From Antedon mediterranea (lineage: Eukaryota; Animalia; Echinodermata), in NCBI RefSeq assembly GCF_964355755.1, contig NC_092670.1, positions 7,244,201 to 7,308,200 of the forward strand: a stretch of DNA of 64,000 bases. The letters are read 5' to 3'. Made by a program: the position numbers and the translations under genes. How positions within the stretch are numbered: the first letter of the stretch is position 1; every line of letters starts with the position of its first letter. Positions 26,601-38,600 of this stretch are shown piece after piece. Under the pieces are notes generated by a model that saw only the letters and a list, made by a program, of their open reading frames with translations, searched no databases and was not told where the DNA came from.

Positions 26601-29600
26601 TCTTATTCAATGAACGCGATGCAAATTTAATAGGTCTTTCCCATTAACCATGTGGGATAACACAGCGCCTACCCCTTCACCTGAAGCATCCGTAGCTACT
26701 GTTAAAGGTAAATTTGGATCATAGTGAACCAAAAACCCAGAATGTCTTAGCATTTCCTTAGATTTCACCCATGCATTTCTAGCTAATTCTGTCCATTTAA
26801 ATTATCTACCCTTTTCTAACATACTAGTTAAAGGTGCTAATATTGTGGCTAATCGAGGTACAAATGAACGGTAATAATTCACCATTCCCAGATACGATCT
26901 TAAAGTAGTAATGTCCGAAGGCAACGGCATTTGCAAAATATGATCAATTTTGTCTATGGATTTATGAACACCATGTTTATCAACACAATGTCCCAGATAT
27001 TCAACAGACTGCTTCATAAATTCGCACTTTCCCCGTTTTAGTCTCAAGCCATAATCTTGCAAACGAACAAGGACCCTCTCTAAATTACCAAGGTGCTCTT
27101 GATCGTCTTTCCCTGTGACCAAGATATCATCAAGGTACACTTGTACACCCGGGAGATCCTTCAAGATAACATTCATTGCGTTTTGCCAAATTGCTGGCGC
27201 GGACGTTATGCCAAAAACCAATCGATTTTGCTGAAACAAGCCCTTTTCAGTAATAATTGTGAGTACCTTTTTAGACTCATCGGACAACTCCATCTGATTG
27301 TAGGCTTGTGCCAGATCTAATTTGGTAAAGGTTTCACCACCCGCAAGGTTAGACAAAATGTCGTCAACGTTAATGTTAGGTGGAGCAACAGATTGTAGCA
27401 CTGGATTGATTGTGGGCTTATAATTTCCACATAATCTAACGGACCCATCCTTTTTCCGAACGGTTACTATACCACTGGCCCACTGACTATGCGTCACTGG
27501 TGTCAGAACCCCAATGTTGACCAATCTATCTAACTCAGTATCAACGTCAGACCTTAAGGCATAAGGAACCCGGTATGCTTTACTAATCATTGGCTTGGCA
27601 TCTCCCTTAAGTAAAACATCAGCTTTAATATGCTTTAAAAGACCTAGTTCCTCTTTAAACAGACCCTCATGCTTATCCAAGAGTTGTTTAAGAGCATCCC
27701 TACATTCCAATTTATTAACATAATTATTATGAAAACATTCTTGCCAATTTAACTTGATAACATTTAACCAGTCTTGCCCTAAAAGAGAATGCTTAGTATT
27801 AGCAACAACATACATGAATAAATAATGACATTGTGATTCATATACCACTTTAACACTGATTTTACCAAGGGGTTTTACAATCTCCCCCGTAAAACTAGTA
27901 AATGTCCGAGAACTCCCTTGCAAACGTTTATACTTAAAATGTTCTTTATAAGTCTGTTCAGATATCAAAGTTACTGCAGAACCAGTGTCCAATTCAAACT
28001 GAAAGTTTCGGTCATCCACATTCATATTAACACAAATAGCATCTGATGATTTAGTTGTAAAAATAGGCAAAGGTAATGTAGTTTCAATATCACTATCGCT
28101 ATCATCCATCTCTACCGTACGTACACCTTGTGACCTTTTGTAGCACACGCGACTGATATGTCCAACTTTTTGACACGCGTTACACTTCTTGTCTTTAAAC
28201 CAACAATTTTGTTGATCATGTGATTTTCTTCCACACCGGTTACACATCTTGAGTTCTTTATTCCGCTTTTTATGTTTATCGTTATTACTTTTATACATAT
28301 TCCTACGCTCACCACTTCCCTGTTTACCACCACTAGAGTATGTACCAATTTTATGAACCTCTATATTTATAGCAGACTCTCAGTCTCAGATACTTGGATT
28401 CATCCTTAGCACTTTCTCTCGCTAAAGCAACTTCTACTGCTTCATTAAAACTCAACGCAGCCACACCCGCCTTTCCCATTAATTTCAATGACGTATTTTG
28501 GTCCCTCATCCCGCTTATGAATCTATCACGTAGTTGCTCGTCCAGCTTCTCGCCAAACTTGCAATTCAAACTTAAATGTTTTAAAGCAACTATGTATTCA
28601 GAAGTCTTTTCATCGGGACGTTGATTACGCTGAATAAACTTATGTCTTTCGGCAATGGTAATTATCGGCTTAGTAAAATGTTTCTTAAGTGTAGACTTTA
28701 ATTCATCATATGGAATATCTTTTGGTGCCTTTGGGCTAACCAAATCCCTCAAAATACCGTAGTACTTACGACCTATTGCGTTCAGGAAAATGGCTGCTAC
28801 TCTAGCTCCCACATTACCACGTGCATCAGCATCCGGCTCTCCATGTAAGACCAGTCCAATCGCCTCCACATAAATCTCAAACCGCTCCAAATAACAGTCA
28901 ACATTCTCGGCTTCATTATACTGCTCAAACATCGGCATATAGTGGTCTTTAACGGCCATCCTCGTCGCCAAATGTTATGTTTCGTACACCCTAAAGACAC
29001 TACAACAGTACACTGGTACAATAGACACGACTCAGTCAGGTGTGGATTCCAAGTGAACGAGGCATTTATTAACAACAGCCTATTATACTATTCTACCAAT
29101 AATATCAATGCGCGTAGACCAATCACCCATGTCTTAATACACAACAATATGTGTAGGAACTTGGAAGCACACTATCATGCCCGGGCCATTGGAACTTGGT
29201 TGGTCCACTCTAATCAATAATTTGAATCTACCTCGTTGCATGACTTTAAGAAAAGTTGATTACTATGTAACTGGAACAAAAAAAGTAAATCAAATACATA
29301 CTAGAATTCATCTTTGATTTAGCTGCTTTTCCAATTTGTTTATATGTGGAACTGGTTCCGATTTTGTTAAATATTTACTTGATCAAGACTCTACCCTTAC
29401 AAATATATAGATATAACAACTTTTATGTAATATTTTTGGATCAATTAGTCCTTCAAATAAGCAAAATATAATCATTTTATTTAATTGTATTTAGAAATAT
29501 TTAGTTGATACCAACATATTTACTATTGTATTGTATTATTCTTATTTATTTCCACCTTCTGTTACGATAAGCTAATATTTGTTATATGTTGCAGAGGCTC

Positions 29601-32600
29601 CTTGAAGCTAAGGCCTGCCTTGTTATGAGCCTCTAAGAAGAAATATTAAATTTAAACAAATATATTTTTAGGTCTCATAGCCCCGTTTGTTGCTCTCCAT
29701 AATAATAGGAATTTATGTAAGTTATGTGAATTAAGGTCACACAGATTATATGTTAAATGTGATATGTATTAGTGTTCCCAAATAATCTTAATCTTACAAA
29801 TGTTTTGGTAAGTTGTAAAAATATATAAATAAATATGTCCTAATTTGTGATTACAACATTTTATTTAATTCAGGCGTGTATGGTTTAACTATTGATGGAA
29901 TTGGGAAAAAACTTTATTGGACAAGTACTTCAGAAGACAGAATTGAAGTAATAAATTTGGATGGAACAAACAGAACAGTTCTTTTTGACATGACATTGGT
30001 TGAGCCACGTGCAATTAAAATAGACACAGTAAACGGGTATGTAATGGAACTAATAATAACTGGTTTGTTACGCATCTTTTTATACAAAAATTTCAATATG
30101 TTCTCAACGAAACAACTTTGAACTATATTTTGCTCCGTATATAGATTAACTTATTTTGTATAACTTGCTGTAGAGGCATCAACACGACTCATTTAATATT
30201 TGAAGAATGTTAATAATGTAAACAATAACAAATGAATGGGTTTCCATTGTATACTCTGCTTCTATTTGATGTAAATAAGAAAAATCGTATGAATGTTATT
30301 AGAGATAAAACATTGGCATCTTTCATAATCAGCAATATACTGTATAGTACATTAGTATAGATCTTAAATCATAAAGGTCATAAGCTTTCGTAAACTGTAC
30401 TTTGCTAATTATAAAAAAAGATACTTGTATTGGACTGATTGGGGACTTGGAAATGAGATGATAGAGCGTACGCAGCTAAATGACGTGGATGCCACTAGAA
30501 CCCCCTTGGTGACAACAGGACTTATATTTCCAAACGGACTTGTTTTATCAGTTTCAGGTGCGTTTTGATGAATTATAATATAAATAATTCTTTCATTGGG
30601 TCCACCAATATTTAAAAAAATATACAATTAACAAATGTAACCTCATTATATTGTAAAGATTGATATTTCTTTTATTCCTGTCCACCCTGGCAGCACTTGC
30701 CAGTTCTTATGCTATGACGTTATCCAAATTCCTTCACTTGCACTGCCCGAAAGCTCTGATAATTTTTCTGGCTGTTTTACTTTATCGTTTTTGATTTAGC
30801 TTTTCGCTTATTTTTTGGGTATCTCTATTGAGATCCAGTCACTGATACCCACAGCATTGTCATTTTTTCAGTAATTTGCCTTTGGATTTATAATTATATG
30901 TATATATATATTTCAAAAGCAAAAAGCTAAATCAAAACGATAAGTAAAACAGCCAGAAAAGTTAGCAGAGCTTTCGGGCAACACTAGCCCTTCATCAGTG
31001 CAAGTGAAGGAATTTGGATAAATTGTTGAAACAAGATATACCGATATACATACAATTTTGCAACACATGCAACCGTTCTATTATTATTATTTTAAGATGG
31101 AAAGATGTATTGGTGTGACCCTGGAACAAATAAAATTGAAGAAGCTAATCTTGATGGAACCAACAGAAGACAAGTAATAGATATAGGCCTAACTGGACAA
31201 TCCCCGTTTGCTATCGACATTTATAAAAACTATCTATACTGGTCAGATTGGACTGGAGGCGTGTATCGAGGTAATAGAAGGACTGGAATATCATCAATTC
31301 AAAGTAACGATGGCCGACTTAATCTACCAGGAGGTTTATATATTTTCACTGGTAATTTTTGTCTTTAATATTTTTAGTATTTTAGTTTAAAATGACTATT
31401 TCTTACTACAAGTTCCAATGTTAGCTTAAAAGTACAGTTAATCGAGTCAAAACATTCTGTATTACCTTACATTAAAAATACATTATGAAAATATCTGGTT
31501 TGAAATTATATGAAGTATAATGTAAAATCAATATTCTGACTTAAAAACCTGTTAGGCTATTTTTGTATGTAGACTACCTACAACAGCCACAGACTATCGG
31601 ATAATCATGTGGAGTATATATATATATATATATAAATTATTACCTATAATTTATATAAATTCACATACTCAAAGCCTCATGCACTTGGAACAAGGCTCTA
31701 CATTCGAGCGCTCTCACACATTCCCTAAAACTATCTTTGCATTTTCTAACATCATTATAATATTATGATATAAAGCCTCTACAACCAAGATTATTGTTGT
31801 CTACAGATATTTTCTCAGTTTTTCTCCAGTTTCTGTTCAGTATCTTAAACATATTGTGTATATATTATGTATATTTGCTACAGATAATGTACCTTCAGCT
31901 ATTGACTGCCCGACAAACGTCACTTCTAACAATTATATCGGAGAAGAATTTGGTCTGATACAAATTACCACAGATGAAGGGAGTCCAACTGCCACAGTCA
32001 CGTGGGATTCTCCTGTGACAAGCGGCAATAGAACAATGACTGTAGTGTCATCACCATATGAGTCAGGTGACATGATACCAATCGGTACTCACGCAATCAC
32101 CTTTACAGCAATTGCTTCTTTTGGCAATAATGAAACTTGTGACTTTTATATCAAGGTTGAAGGTAAAATATAAAAAAGCTGTTTCAATGATTTGTTTAAA
32201 GAATTTAGAACAGCTGATTTTTGACGAAAAATATTATCACTTATCACAAATAAAAATGAAAAGTAGTTAATGATTATATTATAAATATGTGATATTATGA
32301 CCATCCTGTTATTAATTTAATCAAAATTTAGTTACGTTTACACAACCACTTGTGTTTATACTGCGTTGTTAGTTTTGTAACAAACCTCAAGAACAATGAT
32401 GTTTTTGTTAATTGAACAATATGTAAATGACATCGTTTATACAAGAAAAAAAGACCATAACTCAATTAAGGCCAGTTGATTAGAAATTATGTTATTGTAC
32501 ATATCATGTTTAGATCAAGAAGCTCCAGATATTCTAAATTGTCCAATCGATTTGACTGTAAACACAACATTTGGTGAGGCATTTGCAATCAATATCATAT

Positions 32601-35600
32601 GGGTTGAACCGACAGCTGTTGATAACTCTGGCGAGACTCCTGAACCAATATCATACTACAATTCTAGTGATAATATATTTCCAATTGGTTACACAACAGT
32701 CCAGTACAATGTTTCAGATTCAGTTGGTAACTTCAATGCAAGCTGTAGTTTTGTTGTCACTATTGAAGGTAGATCAATTTGGTTTGAATAATTGTAATAA
32801 TAACTGTAATAATAATAAAGTATAATTTGGAAACACCGCTACACGTTTTTGTAATATAAATGTGGAAGGTATGTTCATGTACCTTCAATGCAGAATTATT
32901 TTGTTAAAGAATGCCATGGTGTTTTCATATTAGATGTCATTCTCTTCTGTTTGTCACACATGTATTTTATTTATATGTATTTTTAATGCAATGTACTTGT
33001 TCTATTTATTTTCTATTTTATAATATTTAGGACAAAAAATATTTAATATTGATTCTTCTCTAATGTTTATATATATACATTTAAAAATCTAAAGTGACAA
33101 TCTTTGTTAATTTTTCTTTATCAGATAATGAAAATCCTATTATCGACAATTGTCCAAATGATACATTTACTACTGAATTACAAGCTGCTAAATTGTCTTG
33201 GAAAGAACCCGCAGCAATGGACAACTCTGGGATATGGAACCTTACAGTTTATATGGAATCGAATTTCTCAATAGGTGATAACACGGTAACATACATTGCA
33301 GAAGACCCATCTGGTAACACAGCTACCTGTTCATTTACTATCACTGTAGGAGGTATGTTATAAAAAAAACGAATAAACTATGATTTTTACCTACCTATAA
33401 GTGAAATATTAATATAAAATATTTTACCAGAGAGGCGAATCATTAAGAAACAACCATAGATCTTGTAAAATAATTATATCTTGTAAAACTATACGTAATC
33501 AATCAAGTAGACCCAAACATAAATGAGTGGTGTAGTAAAATAAGGTGAATTTTTAGAAGTTTAGAAGTTGAGAATGTTTTGACAGTTATCTTATTTTAGT
33601 CTGTATTTTTTTCTTTTAAATGAATAAATGAAATGAAATGAAATATGAGACCTATTATAAATGTAATTTATGATTGTTTGATTGTAAAAACTGATTACAA
33701 CTTAAATCTAAAATATTTCAAGCACTACTCAACCGCTAATGCTTGTTTTGATGTTAACCCTGAATCTAGTTGAAATTTTTAATTGTGATGCTGCATAGTT
33801 ATGTTCTTTTTGATATAATGTTTGCGCCACGATCGAAGTATAGTATAGTACAGTTCTTTTCGGAGCTACATACATGGTTACCGCCAACTTTATCAACATA
33901 TTGAATTTGCTATGGAAACTTTTAAGCAATTAAATAGTTTCTTTTTTTAATACAGATGACAACGAGTGCGATACAGATCCATGTACAAAAAATGAAGTTT
34001 GTAATAATACGATTGGTAGTTATACTTGTGAATGTTACACAGGGTTTATACGTGATGGTAGTAATGATTGTATTGGTAAGAACTATTTTTAAATTACATA
34101 CCATGTTAAATATAGTTGGTTTACACTTTCCATGTCATAATAAATGCTAGATCATGATGCACGTTCAGGTAAAATTGATCGGACCGTCTTACTTCAGCTA
34201 TCCCTACTTTAAATTAGCCTTCTTAGAGCCGAATTTTAGGCGTAATTCGAGTAAAAAATGTTATTTTAATTAATAAACAAAAGTTAGCACGTAGACTAAA
34301 TCATGAAGAACATATTTTTCAGTCCTCGAAAGGCAGTTTAAATTGCAGAGTAAACGAATTTTGAATAATTCTAAAAAAAATAGTTTAGACATGTAGGGGA
34401 TTTTAAACACATCTGTTTTGGTCAGGCTTGAAATTACATGGCTCATCGTAATCACATTGTCTTTGTCAGGCATAGACATTTAACACATACAAGTTAACGT
34501 ACAACCGTGGTTCCTGTACACATTTTGGAGTTCCTATTTGTTGTCAATCAAAGTATAAATTAATACCCTTCTTGTACTAAAAATCCGATTAAAATTATAT
34601 TTCATGTAAGTCCTGATGCTTAAACAGTGTGGTTATAAAACAAATGGAAGGTGAAATTAGTTACCTATAATTTGGTATGCTCCTCGGTTTCCTCTAATAC
34701 TTCCCTATTATATCAATATATAGCCTTTCTACTAGACGTAGGAAACTCGAAAAAAGGTGCAAATTCATTAAGTCGAACTGCAAACTTCAACTACATTTGA
34801 ATAGAATTTAACTTTAAAATATTTCAAGCACCACTCAACCGCTAATGATACAACCTTGTTTTGATGCTAACCCTGAATCTAGTTGAAATTTTTAATTGTG
34901 ATGCTGTATAGTCTTTTTGATATAATGTTTGCGCCTCGATCGAAGTATATTAATTGAAACATCGAGAAACTCATCATTCTATTTCAGGGCTACATACATG
35001 GTTACCACAAACTTTATCAACTATTGATTTTGCTATGCAAACTTTTAAACAATTAAAAATAGTTTCTTTTTTAATACAGATGACAATGAGTGTGATACGG
35101 ATCCATGTACAGAAAATGAAGTTTGTAATAATACGATTGGTAGCTTTACTTGTGAATGTGACACAGGGTTTGCACGTGATGGCAATAATGTTTGTACTGG
35201 TAAAAAATATTTCTAATTAAATACCATATTAAAATATAATTGGTTTACAGTTTCTATGTCATAATAAGTGATAGCTTATTCATCGTTTTTTTTTTTTATA
35301 ATACTGCAAATTATTTTTTGTTTACAACTGTATTAAATTACATTATTTTTCTTTTCCACGACATGAATTACGTTACGTCACAGGAAATTCAACACATTGG
35401 CAATTTTAAGTCAAGCTTTTTTGGTCAGGCTAGAAATGACATTATTCATCGTAATTGTCTTTGTCAGAGGCATAGACATTTAAAACATACAAGTTAACGT
35501 ACCACTATGGTTCCTGTACACATTTTGGAGTGCCCTAAATGTTTTCAATCAAAATATTTATCGGTAAATTAATACCGATCTTGTACTAATAATTATTTAA

Positions 35601-38600
35601 AATTATATTTCATGTATAGTTCTGATGCTTAAACAGTGTTGTTATAAAAAAAAGAAGTTAAAATTACTTGCCCATAATTTCGTATGCTCCTCTGTTTCCT
35701 TTAATACTTACCTATCATTGGACAACATATAGCCTTTCTGCTAGACTTAGAAAACTCGAATAAAAGTGCAAATTCATTTAGTCGTACTGCAAACTTACAT
35801 TTGAATAGAATTTGACTAGCCGTTTTCCAAGTCTATAGATTAACGTTCGGATTAAGATTATGGGTTTTAGACTTGGATTGCAAGAATAGTTTTTTAATAA
35901 ATTTCAAAACTAGAACATTTGTGCTGTATATTAATTTGTTTTTATCTTAGATGAAGACGAGTGTGCTAATATACTATGTTCAGAAAATGAAGTTTGTAAT
36001 AATACGATTGGTAGCTTTACTTGTGAATGTGACACAGGGTTTGCACGTGCTGGCAATAATGTTTGTATTGGTAAAAAATATTTTTTATTACATACCATAT
36101 TAAATATAATTGGTTTACATTTTCTATGTCATAATAAGTGATAGCTTATTCATCGGTATTTTTTTTATAATACTGAAAATTATTTTTTGTTTACAACTAT
36201 ATTATATTACATTATTTTTCTTTTCCACGACATGAATTACGTTACGTCACAGGAAATTCAACACATTGGGAATTTTAAATCAAGCCTTTTTGGTCATGCT
36301 AGAAATGACATTATTCATCGTAATTGTCTTTGTCAGAGGCATAGACATTTAACACATACAAGTTAACGTACCACTATGGTTCCTGTTCACATTTTGGAGT
36401 TCCCTAAATGTTTTCAATCAAAATATGTATCGGTAAATTAATACCGATCTTGTACTAATAATTATTTAAAATTATATTTCATGTATAGTTCTGATGCTTA
36501 AACAGTGTTGTTATAAAAAAAAAGAAGTTAAAATTACTTGCCCATAATTTCGTATGCTCCTCTACATTTGAATAGAATTTGACTAGCCGTTTTCCAAGTC
36601 TATAGACTGATTTTGGTATGCAAACTTTTAAACAATTAAAAATAGTTTCTTTTTTAATACAGATGACAATGAGTGTGATACGGATCCATGTACAGAAAAT
36701 GAAGTTTGTAATAATACGATTGGTAGCTTTACTTGTGAATGTGACACAGGGTTTGCACGTGATGGCAATAATGTTTGTACTGGTAAAAAATAGTTTTAAT
36801 TACATACCATATTAAAATATAATTGGTTTACATTTTCTATGTCAAAATAAGTGATAGCTTATTCATCGGTATTTTTTTTTATAATACTGCAAATTATTTT
36901 TTGTTTACAACTGTATTAAATTACATTATTTTTCTTTTCCACGACATGAATTACGTTACGTCACAGGAAATTCAACACATTGGGAATTTTAAGTCAAGCT
37001 TTTTTGGTTAGGCTAGAAATGACATTATTCATCGTAATTGTCTTTGTCAGAGGCATAAACATTTAAAACATACAAGTTAACCTACCACTATGGTTTCTGT
37101 ACACATTTTGGAGTTCCCTAAATGTTTTCAATCAAAATATTTATCGGTAAATTAATACCGATCTTGTACTAATAATTATTTAAAATTATATTTCATGTAT
37201 AGTTCTGATGCTTAAACAGTGTTGTTATAAAAAAAAAAGTTAAAATTACTTGCCCATAATTTTGTATGCTCCTCTGTTTCATCTAATACTTACCTATCAT
37301 TGGACAACATATAGCCTTTCTGCTAGACTTAGAAAACCTGAATAAAAGTGCAAATTCATTTAGTCGTACTGCAAACTTCAACTACATTTGAATAAAATTT
37401 GACTAGCACTTTTCCAAGTCTATAGACTAACGTTCGGATTAAGATTATGGGTTTTAAACTTGGATTGCAATAATAGTTTTTTTAATAAATTTCAAAACTA
37501 GAACATTTCTGCTGTATATTAATTTGTTTTTATCTTAGATGAAGATGAGTGTGCTAATATTCTATGTTCAGAAAATGAAGTTTGTAATAATACGATTGGT
37601 AGCTTTACTTGTGAATGTGACACAGGGTTTATACGCGATGGCAATAATGTTTGTATTGGTAAAAAATATTTTTAATTACATATCATATTAAATATAATTG
37701 GTTTACATTTTCTATGTCATAATAAGTGATAGCTTATCCATCGGTATTTTTTTTTTATAATACTGCAAATTATTTTTTTTTTACAACTGTATTAAATTAC
37801 ATTATTTTTCTTTTCCATGACATGAATTACGTTACGTCACAGGAAATTTAACACATTGGGGATTTTAAGTCAAGCTTTTTTGGTCAGGCTAGAAATAACA
37901 TTATTCATCGTAATTGTCTTTGTCAGAGGCATAGACATTTAACACATACAAGTTAACGTACCACTATGGTTCCTGTACACATTTTGGAGTTCCCTAATTG
38001 TTTTCAATAAAAAAAACTTGTCGGTAAATTAATACCGATCTTGTACTAATTATTAATTAAAATTATATTTCATGTATATTTCTGATGCTTAAACAGTGTT
38101 GTTATAAAAAAAAATGAAAGGTAAAATTACTTGCCCATAATTTCGTATGCTCCTCTATTTCCACTAATACGAATACCTATCATTGGACAATATATAGCCT
38201 TTCTGCTAGACGTAGGAAACTCGAATAATAAAAGTGCAAATTCATTTAGTCGTACTGCAAACTTAAATTACATTTGACTAGCACTTTTCCAAGTCTATAG
38301 ACTAAAGTTCGGATTAAGATTATGGATTTTAGACTTGGATTGCAAGAATAGTTTTTTAATGAATTTCAAAACTAGAACATTAATTTGTGCTGTATATTAA
38401 TTTGTTTTTATCTTAGATGACAATGAGTGTGATACTAATCCATGTTCAGAAAATGAAGTTTGTAATAATACGATTGGTAGCTATACTTGTGAATGTGACA
38501 CAGGGTTTATACGTGCTGGCAATGATCAGTGCATCGGTAAGATGTAGAAGTGTTTAGTCTTTCAAATAAATTATTTGTTAACTTGCAGTTGACTCTTTTC

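Larger units (their letters stand above)
21357..29146 (-). mobile_element. Ty3/Gypsy LTR retrotransposon (Mag-like), full-length, antisense in an aGPCR intron, interrupted by a DNA transposon
   Basis: Two 174-bp TG...CA LTRs; 5-bp TSD ATATG (21352-21356, 29147-29151); PBS; PPT; gag-PR-RT-RH-IN order. Confidence 0.97.

Noticed and set aside
19922-31351. Separate LRP/LDLR gene
   Set aside because: No LDLa repeats, TM segment, start or terminal exon; phases join directly to the HYR exons on both sides.
33956-37011. ORF-track peptides such as [20 protein letters not shown] and MVYSFYVII
   Set aside because: Wrong-frame readings of the EGF exons and of duplicated intron sequence.
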